From Bugula neritina (taxonomy: Eukaryota > Animalia > Bryozoa): DNA of 64,000 bases. Below are positions 42,117 through 55,024 of this stretch, piece after piece (within the stretch, counting starts at the first letter, position 1; every line of letters starts with the position of its first letter). A model generated the notes under the pieces. The model searched no databases and was not told the origin of the DNA. It saw only the letters and a list, made by a program, of their open reading frames with translations. The position numbers and the translations under genes are program-made. The stretch is taken from the NCBI GenBank assembly GCA_964035545.1, contig OZ037765.1, forward strand, positions 21,142,995 through 21,206,994, written 5' to 3'.

Positions 42117-45100
42117 TCACTGAACAAACTTTTTGGGGAATGCTTTAGGGGGCGGAAGCACATGGTTAGGGTTAAGTCTCTCATCGTGTATTGGAGAACC
42201 AGCAATAGGCCTGAGTCTAGCATTGCTACCTGCTGAGCTGCTCCCACTAACCATACCATCGGTCATTCCTGAACTTACTGTGTACTTTGTTGGTCCTTTC
42301 TCACCTTTCTTTTTCTAAATTGAAACAAATATTTTTTATATACTTTTTGTAATTAAACTCATTAAAGCATCAAATTTTTTAAGCTGTTGACCCAATTGTG
42401 CAAATTTTTTTTTAATCTTTTCCATTTATTTGATGCATGGTTATAATTGCAGTTGAAACTATCTGCTCCCAATACACATTTTGCTGCAAAAATTATCACA
42501 TATGGCAAATATAACTAGTGCTATTATTGGTTGGAATAGTCAATGCTAAAGGAAGACAATATAAGTTAATTTAACTTAGTTCCTTATATAAAAAGCACAT
42601 TGCTCCATATTCAGGTTGAGATACATTTTAAATAAATAACAGAAAAGTGCACAATTATTTCCTTTTGCACATACCTTAGATAGTGGGTTGATAAATCCTA
42701 CTTGGGGTTGCTGCGGCCCTGATTTCCCACCAGCAAAAACTTTTGTAAAGTTTGTTTCCCGATTAACCAGCTCCATTTGGTAAAACTGTTTATCAGCCTG
42801 TAAATATGATCAATTCATAATTATTGCCAGTTTTCTTTAAATTTACCAACAACTTTTTATATGAATGAATAAAAGAGATGAATACTGTTTATGTGCATTA
42901 TATAAATTTCTACCAACAATACCTTTCTCTGCTCGATTATTTTATTTATATTACAAGCAATATAAAAATTCTTAGAATACTTCATTTTACATAGATTTTC
43001 ATATAAGAGCTAATTTGGTGTCAGGTTTGATAAGGTAAACTGCTGCTTACAATGAGCTGCTGCATTTCCTGATCTCTTTGAGTAAGAGAGCGTCTCAACT
43101 GTTCTATCATTCTCAAATCTTCTTCTCGTGGCTCCCGATTGAGATATCTGTCCTCCGCTTCCTCTAACCTAATGTTTGCAAATTATAGTTTTACTTTTGA
43201 CAAGTCGCTCTACACAAACTTTGTATTGATATATTTGTACATAGTTCAGTGAAAAGAACAAAAAATGAAGGTTTGCTAGTACATACAAAGAGGAGAGTTC
43301 ATCTATTTTTTCTTTCAAAATAGTTTGAGCTTTGGTGAATTCCAACAGGACTCTTTGTGTTTCCTCTGCGTGGAGCCCCTGCAGCCTCTCCATCTCTTCG
43401 GCATGTTCCTGCACCAAGAACTCCTCCTGCTGCCTTTTATTCAAACAACAAAACTATTGATTTTACAAGTAGACAATATTTTTAAAAAATATTTCAAAAT
43501 ATAGTTTGAAATTGTGAACATTTTTAGCAGCTTTTACTGCTACAAAGCTACACCTTTATGTTAAAATATCTAATTGAGTATTAACATTTCATAAGTTCTG
43601 TCTATGTACACCATCTACAATGCATTGCTAAATCATTTTTATTGTCTTCAAAAGTGTCACTTCTTAAATTTTCATTTGGTATTTAGAAAAACCGTAGGTG
43701 CGGTACAAGAAAAAGTCCTGTGCTTCAACAAATATATAAATCTAGCAAAATACATTTAATGTAAATAGAGAAAAAAGGCAAGTGAGGGACTGTAAGTCTC
43801 CAATACTGCTAACACTTACCTTAGCTGTTTACTAGCTTCAGATTTCACTTTAATGATGTCACTACTTTTGCTTTGAATTTCCTCCTGTAGCTCATGAATC
43901 TTCCCTTCTAGTTTATAAATATCTGATTCCAAAGACTTGATGGTTCTGTCTCGTTGACTTAGACGCTCTCCGTGCTCTTCCTGAACGTGCAGTAGATCTT
44001 GGTCCTAGCATATAAATATATAGCAATTACACAACTATGACTGAATAACTATGAGTATAACAACATGGGAACTTGAGTAAATAGAGCACTTTCATAGATT
44101 CATCTGATGATAATGCCATATGCCTTTAATACAACTTGGAGCAGATCAACATTTATATTCTAATTCTTTTTATGGCAAAAAGTAACTGTATTTGATAATA
44201 ATTTTGAAACACATGTTTTATTGCTTTTGCTTTATTATAGAAACCTTGTATTGCCCCTTAAGACACCCTTTTATATGCTAAAGAGAAATTTATGTTGACA
44301 GACATCTATGTTGCAACTTTGTAGAAGTTTAAGCCACGCCTCACAAAATAGCACTTACACATTATACTCAACATTTTGCTTTATAAAAAATAAGCCATTT
44401 GCACGACATTGTTTACCAAAGTTTTGGAAACTAGCCAATATTTTACAAATAAATAGCATGTATTTAAATATAAATTTGCTTATTTACTGTCAAACTCATT
44501 TTATAGGTCATCCAGACTTGACTAGACAAAAATTATTATAGCTACACACCTCAGTGATAAATTGATCAAGTAGCATAGCATGTAGCATTATAGTAATTTT
44601 AACCACAATATGTGCTGGTATGTCACTAGAAAATCGTAAATTCCAAAGGATTGTAACTGAAAACGGTTGATTATTATAGCACTCCAAATTCATTTTATGG
44701 AAGACTGTTTCTCTGGTATTCATTGTAAAAGAACTTTTGCATGAGGGGTATGACAACCACGTTAGTATGACAAAATACTCTTTCCACATGCAAATAATCA
44801 GAATATGGACATCTAAATATATCAACATAAGATTGCTTTTTGGTTTTTAGCTGTTTTTTATTTATATTAAAGTGGTACTTGTATATTTAACAAAAAATTA
44901 AAAAATAAACAAGGTCTACTGACTCTACTCAATATAAAGTATGACTATGAATTTCAAAGAAATTTGTGCATTCACATTGACATTTAAAAAGTTTCGAATT
45001 AGTAAATACAGTTTGAACTATGCATATATTCTATTATGACTGACCTTTTGATTTTTGAGCTCAACAGCTCTTTGGAGTTCCATTCTGAGAGCTGTGATTT

Positions 45101-48100
45101 GCTTAGCAGAAGTTTGGCTATGAGAGTTGAGTTCCAACTTGTGTTTAGACTCCAGTTCTGCCCGCAACTCATCCTGATGACATTGAAACACAAAGTTACA
45201 GATCAGTGAATAGTCAAACATACAAAACAAGTGACCTACAGAACTCGCATGTCTTATATGAAATTATTCTGTATAAATAGGCTGCTCGTCTCAAATTAAG
45301 AAAATAAAGTAATTCTAAAATGCAATTAATATTGAAACCACGCACAAAATAATGCAATATAATGGCAAGATACAATATATTGCATAATTATAAAAAATAA
45401 ACACAAACTTTTTCTCGTATGCTGTTTTTCTGCAAAGTGTCTCTTTCCGTTGAGAGTTGTCTCTCTGCATCTTTTTTAATAAAGTCAACAGTGGCTTTAT
45501 GAGCTGTCATTTGCGCTGTCATGTCTTCTAAATGTTTGCTCTTGAGTTCTGATAGAGAAGCCTGCGCAACCAAATAGTAACAGTAAAAATATGCCCTTTC
45601 TTCTTCTAGTAACCTATATGTATATGTAGATATATAGTAGCCTATATATTATGTAGATTAATTACAGGTATTGGTGAAACCCAATGTATCTCTATCCTTT
45701 TTAACCCTAAACTAAAGTTTTTATTTTTAGCAATGCCACAATATAATGTTACTATATTTTCTTGCTTCTTAAAGGTCCACAACTTGTACAAGGTTAATTA
45801 GAGAAAGAGTATGAACAATAATGAACTCACCTCGTATAGTAATAATAATATTTCTAATAAAGCTGTCTGAGTATAACCTACCTCTAGTTGTGACTCTTGT
45901 GTTTTATATTTCAGGGACCACTCTTCCTCTATTGAGGCAGCTAGGTTTTTCAGCTGGCGCTCATAATCTTTAGTAATTCTTTCAATTTCAGTGTTCAAAT
46001 CCTGTTTGTATACAACAATGCAGTCAAAATATGAACCATTGATGTACAATTGCAGCTCAGTGAATCAACAAAGTTTTAGTTCAGTGGTCTACAGCATATA
46101 CTCAATATGAGACAAGGTTTCAAGTTTAGTATTCCAATGCCTTGATTTAGAATTTTCCGTATTTTTAGCAATATTTATGCGTATCAATAATATAATAAAA
46201 TATAATATAATAGTAATTTGAGTGTCAAATGTAGCTTTTCTTGTAATGCTGACCTGAATTTGCTGGTCGTACTTTTCAATGATAGCGTCAGCTTTGGAGT
46301 CTCCAGATAACCTCTCTGCTTCCAGAGATTTCTCTAATTCTGATATCTAATGAACGTGAATAAAAGATCTCTATATTTCATCCTTGCATATAAAATATCG
46401 CAATTCCAATATTAAAAGAAAAATTATCGACATTATGCAATGCTAAAGCAGTATAATCTCCTTATAGTTGTAGCATAGCAAGTTGTCTGCCCACAACATT
46501 AATAAGTTTCTATAGAGGAGGGCCATTAAAAATGCGCGTTCAATTTCACAAACTAAACCATCAATTATAGGTTTGCACTGGTTATATAGTATGTAGAACG
46601 CATGGAGTGCGTGATGAATAAATGAAGTGTCATGCACGGCTCTATGATTAATAGCTTTTGAAAGTTATGGGACAGAGCATATCCTATTGGATTATGCTTT
46701 CATTATTGTGTGAAAAGTTACCTGCATCATAAGCTTCCGTATTTTCGATTCCATGTCATTTGTTACTGCTCTCATCTCATTCTTGTGCTGGTCGTTTAGC
46801 AGACGTACGGTTGAAGCTTTGTCATTTGCAAACTGGTTTTCTAATTCTACTTTGAACTGAGCCATTTCCTTCCTAAAGCAAATTATCAATGCTATCAGAA
46901 ATTTGAAGTTGGTGCATGAAATGTGTTCAAATAACCTTGTAAGAACAGTGCATCAAAATATGAACTGTATAGATTACTTTAATTTGTCCAGCCATGAAAC
47001 TTCAAGGGACTTGTTCAAGTTTTCTAGCTTCTCTTTTAATTCCGCATTGTGATCCTTAGCCATCTGACTGTTCACCATCTTCAACCTGTCTGTTTCACTC
47101 TAAAAATAACATGAATGAAAATCATGTTTAAAATATAATTGTAAATGTAAATGGAAAGTCATTTCTTTAGAAAAAGTTATTTGAACTATTGCCTGCACTT
47201 CTCTTTCGCACTTTAAAATTTTACTGCTATTCTACCACACAGTTGAATAAGTTAAATAATCACACTTTACTTTTGTAGTTATGTAATGTGTGCAGTGTAT
47301 AAGCAAACTTATTTTAAACCATATGCTGTTAGCACCTTGAGAGTTGTGATTTGACTAGTAGAAGCATTCAGCTCGCTTTTAGCTTTATCAAGTTGCTGCT
47401 TCAACACTGAAACTTGACTTTTCAGCTCTGCAAGCTCATTGTTGGCTGCGCCTAGGTTAGTAGACGTGTCTCCCATCCTTTGCTGCATGCTTTCCAACTA
47501 CAAAGTATAGTAAACAAAACTATATATTAAATTCGATCAAATTTATGTCAACAATAATATATTCTGATGCTTCAAATGACTTATTTATGCCAAATTTTAG
47601 ATAATTAAATTTATATATGCAGGTTTTTTCACGCTATATGCACCAAAGCCACTACTTTATATCACGTACACAATGCTATACATACAAGATATATTGCATG
47701 AGCATAATATACTCTTAATTTATTGTTTGAACAAGCTGTGATATTATTTAATTTTCAGCTTTGTACTCCACTGTAAACCTTATAGTCATCGTTATGTAGC
47801 AAGCATCAGTATTTCTATAGGAAGTAAATGATAACACAGGATGCTACGCAGTTGTGTTCTTCTAATGGCAGTACCTCTTGCTCTGCCAGTTGGAGCTTTT
47901 CTTTTAGCTCTGTAATCTCTGCTGTAAGATTCTCTTTTAGCTGAATGTTGACAGTTTCTAAGCGCTTTGTTTCCTCTTCTAGTTGTAACTTCAGCTTCTG
48001 CAAGTAGAATTATAACAATACTCATTACTTTGTAGCTCAGTTATAACAATTAGGTTAAAACACTGGAGCTATACACCTAACTTTTCAATTGTTTTGGAAT

Positions 48101-51100
48101 TTCATGTTTCATTAAAAAAATTTTACAAACTAATAAATTATATAACACAAACTCTGCCCATAGCATTAACATTGCTAGAGGCTAAAGAACACATATTACT
48201 TAGTATACGTTGTGGGGAACTCGTATGTCCAAATTCAAAACTTATATTTAAACGAGCTTTTTTAGAAACGGAAAATATACTAGCAATTTTCATTTTATAT
48301 TGTGAGCATAAACCATAGTTTACTTGTTCGAGTTCATCAGCTCTCAGCTGTGCTTCTGCCTTTAGAGTGTCTAATTCCTTTGTATAACGAGAGTGAAGGG
48401 AAGACAACTGCTCTTGTAAATTATTCTCTGCCGTGACTTTCTGTTCCTCGAGAAGTCGCTCCAGACCTGCAATGTCAGCTTGGAATTTATCTTTCTGAGC
48501 TTGCTTCTCAATGCGTACATCCTCCAAAGCCTGTAAGATATACCGGGGAGCAATACAAGTTTGTTTTGATAAAAAAAACACATAAACATTGAAAGTAGAG
48601 CTCAATATATAATCTCCATTTTAACTGTGAGCAGAACAAGTTTTAAAGGTAAACTTTAAAAAAAGTAAAAACGTATTTCGGTAGAAAATATGAAATTTAT
48701 AATAAAAATAATGATAAACTTCAATTAAGTAGACAATATTTATACCTGTTCCAGTGCTTGAACCTCTAAACTCTTTTGATGCGCATCATTGGTCGACTTA
48801 GAAAGGAGTAAATTCTTTTCATCTTGAAGAAGCTTCAAGTTTCTTGAGACATCTGAGAGTTCATCGGTTAGCTTTTGAATTTGTGCCTCTTTTTGAGCCT
48901 TAGCAGTAGTTAGCTCCCCTATGACACCTGAGAAATACATGCTCTTTGTATTAATGTCGCTAGCTTCCAACGAGCATAGACACACAGCCTGAACTTGGTT
49001 GCCATACTCCAGTATATTAATGCAGAATAATATGATTGAACTCTGCTCACACCACACAAAGATAAAATGCAGCTTTAATATTATTTTGGTCAGTATAAAA
49101 ACAATAACACATTTGATAAAGCAGAATTGATGCTGCTGCTATTACTATATTTAATTGCTCCATGCAACTAAATATTTTTTTAAAATATATAATTATTGCA
49201 ACATAAACTAACCCAAACATGATCTCACATGTTGTCTAATAAAAATAGTATAGATGTAGGGTATAAGTGTAATATCATAAGCTAACACATATTAACGTGT
49301 CATGTCCAAACTGCAAACACACATGATGCAATGTCGGCTGCTCTTATGCAAATAGATTATCTACCTGATTTTTTGATGAGTTGGTCAGACTGGTCGGTGC
49401 ATCGTTGCCTGAGCACTTGTAACTCCCGTTCTACTTCTCTGTGCTTGTTTACAGCTTCTGTTGTTTCCTTTTTAACAACTTCCAACTAAAGATTGTTTAA
49501 TAAATTAATGTTTGTGATTTGAAATATGCACTACAAAATAACGCTTATAGGTTAGTAAAATGAGTATTTCTTAATGTGTTGTGTACATATCATATAATAT
49601 AATGTTTATTACCTTTTAATAACTTTGGTTTACATATAATATGTTATGCAAATTTTAACTTTGAACCACAATTGCAAAATTAGTTTAACCAAATTTCAAT
49701 TATAGTATATTAAAGGCACACATTGCTAAATGTCAACCCTAAATTCAACACCTCAACAATTATTTACATACTCTTCACCAATACACTTGGAAAATGCCAT
49801 GTAAAGGAAGGAGATGCAAGTTACTAATAAAAGAAAATGAAAATAAATGCACATTTACTTATACGAACAAACATATCATAAATACTGTTTATTGTATAAC
49901 AATATGCAAAGTAATACACTGAGCTGTTGAGAACCATAGCTGTATTCATGCACTGCTTTACCTGATTGCGGAGGTTGGCTAGTTCTTCAGTTGCATCCGA
50001 CTTCTGCGTCGTCAGAATGTCCAAATTGCTTTTCAACTGATTTATAGTGTCTTCTGAAACTGAGAGATCATTCACTAATCCATCAATGCGATGTCTGAAT
50101 TGAGCTTGCTGAAATTGAAAATCTTTTGTTAGACGGTCAATTTTATCTTGTAGCACTTTTTGCTTTTCAGAACTTTGATCATTTTGACTTTGGCGTAGTA
50201 ATTCTAATTCATTCTCATAAAGTGTTTTAGACTTTTTAAATTTTTCTTCATAATCAAGCTCAAGCTGTTCTTTCTCTATTTTGAGTCTGTCATAGTTAGA
50301 TGTAGCTTGCTGAAGCTCTGCAATATGTTTTGTTTTTAATAGTTCAAGTTCATCAGCAAGTTTTTGCTCTTTGTCACTTGACTTAGACATTTGAGTTTTC
50401 AAGATATCATCTATCTCTTTCTGATGTATCCGCTTCAAGTCAGCAATTGCCTCTGTTTTTTCTAGCTCAAATGCCTGAACCAAAGCTTCAAAGTTCTTTA
50501 TTTTAGATTCAAATTCCTTTTGATAGTTCAGTAACTCTTTAGAGACTACACTGATTCTGTGATTGTGCTCTGATTGCAACTGAGTTTCATGAGTTGCACA
50601 TTCATCCTTGAACTTGTCAAAATCATGAAGTAGTTTCTTTTTCTGTTTTTCATGTTCTTCAATGTGGCTTTCCAGCAGTGATATTCTTTCCCTCAACTCA
50701 GCTTCAGCCCCTAGGGTTAGATTGTTAATTTCGAAAATTACAATTTAATTCAAATATTTATAATATGATAGACATTCATCTACTGTCAATAATTGTAATA
50801 AACAGTTTTATACAAAACTGCAGTTAAAACAGTTCTAAGTAAGCTATATCATGTTCCCATGCTTGAAAAACTTGATAAAGTTAATTATTTCATCATCACT
50901 TTGCATTATAACAAACCTTGCTAAAAAAATTATATTTTATTAAAAAGCTTTCAATCTTACCTAGATTACTTTTCAAGCTATTAACTTTAGCTTTAGTTTC
51001 CTCCAGAAGTTGTAATTTTTCTTTTTCATGCTGTTGTTGTAAGGACTTGACTATTTGCTCATGTTCATCATTTTTTGTGTTCAATGCATATATAACCTGT

Positions 51101-51412
51101 TTATAAAATATACAGTTTGTAAGAAATTAATTCTTATATACACACAGCCCTCATTTTCCATACATGTTTACCAAAGCTAAAATTAAGTTGGAATCAAAAT
51201 AACATCATACAAATTAATTTACATTTTAACATTTAAGTAAGAAACTAGTGCATATTGAAAAGCTATTGCTGTACTTTCGTAAGTTGAGCAATCTTTTTTG
51301 ACATCTTAAGATGCATGTCTTGGTCCACAATTCCATCTGTAAAGCACTCTTGAGCAAGGTTTCCATACTTTTTGTTATTGTGTTGTTGTGCCATTGGTCT
51401 TGTTGCTGCCAT
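42117..51412 (-). CDS. FAM184A: FAM184A-like long coiled-coil protein, 19 coding exons, about 1118 aa
   Basis: Exons 51412-51275, 51096-50961, 50710-49962, 49485-49365, 48927-48746, 48530-48324, 47997-47875, 47497-47336, 47099-46978, 46872-46722, 46346-46254, 46001-45882, 45561-45409, 45173-45045, 44004-43820, 43433-43287, 43168-43051, 42797-42675, 42314-42117, all phase-compatible. FAM184 N-terminal signature [27 protein letters not shown] and C-terminal FYQMELVNRETNFTKVF...VGFINPL. Confidence 0.92.
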
Positions 51413-52204
51413 AATATTATATCACCTACAAATGTGACATTGACCAGTAATATAATGTAATATATATGTCATTTTACACTTTCAAGTTAATTTTCTAACC
51501 TAACTAGAAAGGGCAGTATGACTTGCTAGGAGTTTGAAAACTCTTGGATAAGTAAAATTTGAAGTAACACCAATGGTAAGCAATAAGATAATTTTTTTCA
51601 TTCATAATATTTTATTAATGCTAAAATTTAATGACAATCACACATTGTTAATGAAACAAATAAGTATATTTTTTCGCTTTTAGTGACTATTGTAATTACA
51701 TAGTACTTTGAGTGTAGTAAGGCAGTTATCTTGTCTTGCCTTGATTTGAGCCACTTTTGACTTTTACTGGAAACTTTTGTCAAAAATATAATTTATTTGA
51801 TTATTAATTGATTTAGTTTAACCTGGCGTGCCTTTAGCTCAGCGCCACCTTGAGGCAAGACGGAATAGCTAACACCTGAACAAGCTCTAGATCACTGATC
51901 AGTTCTGTAGGATTTGAATTACAATCATGAAGGAATATATATATAGGTACTTCATAAGACGAAAATATTTTCTATTAGTTTACACTAATGATAATTTTTC
52001 ATGTTTATTAAATTGCAATTTTTAAATTATTTTATAAAACAACATTTTCATCATTTGTAAAACTTATAATCATAATCATAATGTTATAGTTATACCTATT
52101 CCTAAGCTTATACTTATAGTTCTTGTTAACAAACTGGGACTGTTAATATTGACTTTAATATTTACTAACCATTTATACAAACGCACTTTTTTATCACTGA
52201 ATAC

Positions 52205-52873
52205 CTTATAAAATATTGGAGTCAGATAAGTAAACCAGAAAATAGTTTATCATGCTCGATATGCTAACACAAAAGTGCTATGACTCAATACTAAAGGTGG
52301 GAGCCATGTTATATGGTTGCGGTGCAACGCGGTCAACATTCACAAAAAGGTAAAAATCATAACAAAATAACGGTTTTATGAGCGTCTACATAAGTTTTCA
52401 AACACAGGTTCGTCGTAAAACTTATTGTAAGAATAGACAACTCTTTTAACAACTGTCGCTGTACAGTAACTTCCAAGGTCTTATGTGAAGTAGACAACTC
52501 CGGTGAGAGTAGAAAATGACTATAAAAATATACAATATAATATTGCTGTCGGCTCTTTTGAGTGTATCAAAGATAGTCCACTCACACGTTTGCTGATCGT
52601 GCTAATACGAGTACATGATTGGTTGTAATATAGCAAAGACGCTGAACTATTGGTTGATCTCGTCCAATAGATTGAATGACTGTCTCTGTGCGTGATTTTA
52701 ATACCCACACACACATGTCGTGTTATATCAGCCGGTGCCTAGATTTTAGGTGGTGCGTTCAGTTAAACTGGAACATGGTAATTTTATTTTATGTATTAAC
52801 ATTTCGTCTTCGGACTCAGTTGTCAGCGACTCTTACTCTATGACACACAGCCAAGTGAATAACGTCGTCAAAG
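52205..52873. promoter_or_regulatory. Bidirectional promoter and first non-coding exons of FAM184A-like (-) and PPP1R3 (+)
   Basis: CpG-retaining segment bounded by outward-facing donors (minus-strand AAG/GTATTC at 52204; plus-strand AAG/GTAAGT at 52874). Both genes have a splice acceptor shortly before the ATG. Confidence 0.6.
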
Positions 52874-53449
52874 GTAAGTTCATTTTTGGTAGTCTATTTC
52901 ACCCAGTATTTAAACATTGTGATTGCTAAAAGTACAAGTAACTGCACTACCGCTACGACTAGTACTACGAGTATCACTATCAGTACGTCTGTCTAGTTCT
53001 ACTGTGACTCGTAATAGTCATAGTTTCAGTGTAAAACTAATTTTTATTCAGTCGTCTACAATGATAAATGCAAAAGTTGTTAGTCAGTTCTTTTATTCGT
53101 TGTTGTCAAAGACTTAAGACTAAAAGTAAATTATTCAAATTGAGCATGACTTGAAGTTAAAATTTTTAATTTGCATGCTCGTAATTCTTGCATTGAGTCA
53201 AGGTTTTGATTAAAGTAACAGAGCTTTAAATTAGTATAAAGCATTATGTTATATTTTAATTTGCAGTTTCAAATTTGTTGAAACACTCCCCTTAACATGT
53301 CATGAGCTTCAAAAATATTTTGTGCAATGCTGAAAATATATAAAAAGAACAGTAGAATGCTTATGTTTCAATAATTATAGAATTTCTATATAAAATTTAT
53401 TTATAAATTATTTTATTATTCTTTTCAGGTTTTTTGAAATTACCCAATC

Positions 53450-54316
53450 ATGCTTCAACTACAATCAAGAGAAATGTTTCTGTCGCCAAGTATTAACTAC
53501 CCAAAATATATCCAACCATATCCTACCTCATACATCACCGACTGCATGAGCAGTTGCAAGTTACCAAAGCATGCGGATCATGAGCATGAGCAGCAATCAC
53601 TTGGTGTTAGAAAAAGCAATCTTAGTTTAATTAAAGAATCCACAAAGAAAAAGGTCTCATTTGCTGACTCAGTCGGATTAGACTTGGTGCAAGTTCGACA
53701 CATGACAGAAGGTCGAGACACTCCCCCTAACCTCTCACCAAATATATTCAGATCTCTAGAGCCATACAACAAAAATTCTGCCGAACCTTCTCTAGTGTTG
53801 GCATTTCAACAACCTGCCTCAGACTATACTAAGTTTACTCAGTCAGTGATCAAGAACAGCGTCTCATTAGAAAATATATCACTCAATGGTAACATTATCG
53901 TGGGCACCGTTGGAGTTAAAAATATTGCTTTTGAGAAAAAAGTTGTAGTGAGGTTTACATATGACAATTGGCTCACTTCTGAAGATGTACATGCACACTA
54001 TATTAACAATGGGCTGGGACACAGCCGGGACAGGGGGAGAATTCCTGCGATAGACACTTTCTCATTCACACATGAAGTACCCACAGATAAGCTGACTCAT
54101 CATAACATTCAGTTTGTTGTTCACTATCATTGTTGTGGCCAAGAATTTTGGGACAATAACTGCTCTAAAAACTATCATATCAATGTTCACAGAGATAGAA
54201 ACAATAATAATAGTTCGTCTTTTAGCTTTAGCAAACATCCACTTTTTCATGTAGAAAATTGGACAGAGTTTGCTATTTGGAAGAGTCTGGAATCTGATTA
54301 TTCTCCTTATTGGTAG
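53450..54316 (+). CDS. PPP1R3B: Protein phosphatase 1 glycogen-targeting regulatory subunit (PPP1R3B/C-like), single coding exon, 288 aa
   Basis: RVxF PP1-docking motif KKKVSFAD; CBM21 domain GTVGVKNIAFEKKVVVRFTYDNW...EFWDNN; C-terminal WTEFAIW...PYW. A 5'UTR intron is suggested by donor AAG/GTAAGT at 52874 and an acceptor at 53428. The B versus C paralog assignment is not resolvable by eye. Confidence 0.9.
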   Translation: MLQLQSREMFLSPSINYPKYIQPYPTSYITDCMSSCKLPKHADHEHEQQSLGVRKSNLSLIKESTKKKVSFADSVGLDLVQVRHMTEGRDTPPNLSPNIFRSLEPYNKNSAEPSLVLAFQQPASDYTKFTQSVIKNSVSLENISLNGNIIVGTVGVKNIAFEKKVVVRFTYDNWLTSEDVHAHYINNGLGHSRDRGRIPAIDTFSFTHEVPTDKLTHHNIQFVVHYHCCGQEFWDNNCSKNYHINVHRDRNNNNSSSFSFSKHPLFHVENWTEFAIWKSLESDYSPYW

Positions 54317-54710
54317 CTATTCTTTGGTGTTAATGCAATCTCCTTTTTTTAAGCGTTTTTTACAGCGATTTAAAGTTTGATGCTTCTTTTGACAGAAACA
54401 AATGACAGTATGGTAAATGCCTCTTGTATATTTTTATTCTATTCCTTTTTTATATGCAAATAACAAATGCTGTCCATTTACATAATATGTCTTAATGAAT
54501 GGTTTTCAAGCAAAAGTTTACTGGTGCTTTATTTAAGTTTAACCATTTTTAAACCCCACCAACTGTTTTATTTTTCTAACCAAGAATTACCTCTTTTCAA
54601 GTTTTTTATTTCACCGATTACATAATATAGTTATACTCCTCAAGCTCATTACAAGGTTTATTGTTGATGAAAGTGTTGGTAGTGTTATGTTTTCCTATGC
54701 CTTAATGGGC

Positions 54711-54716
54711 AATAAA
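54711..54716 (+). terminator. Candidate polyadenylation signal of PPP1R3
   Basis: AATAAA about 395 nt after the stop. Confidence 0.45.
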
Positions 54717-55024
54717 ATGTGTAACTTATGATACATATTGAATGTAAGTTATACACCTAGCATACTACCCTGTTGCAGCTTCATTGTAAATAGTAAACAG
54801 ATTATCACGTGTTATTTTCTTTGCTGTCAATCTCTCTATGCATGGTACCACTTCAGCTCAAAGCAAACCTGCTAACTCATTACATAACAAAAAATCAATG
54901 TTGGCAACGCGCAGTAGACTATTTATGAACTCCGTTGGTGATGGTTGCTGAGTGAATACTATCAAAGCATCACTGCGCATGTATTGCATCATACTGGTTG
55001 ACACTGTCTGTCTGCAGTTGCATA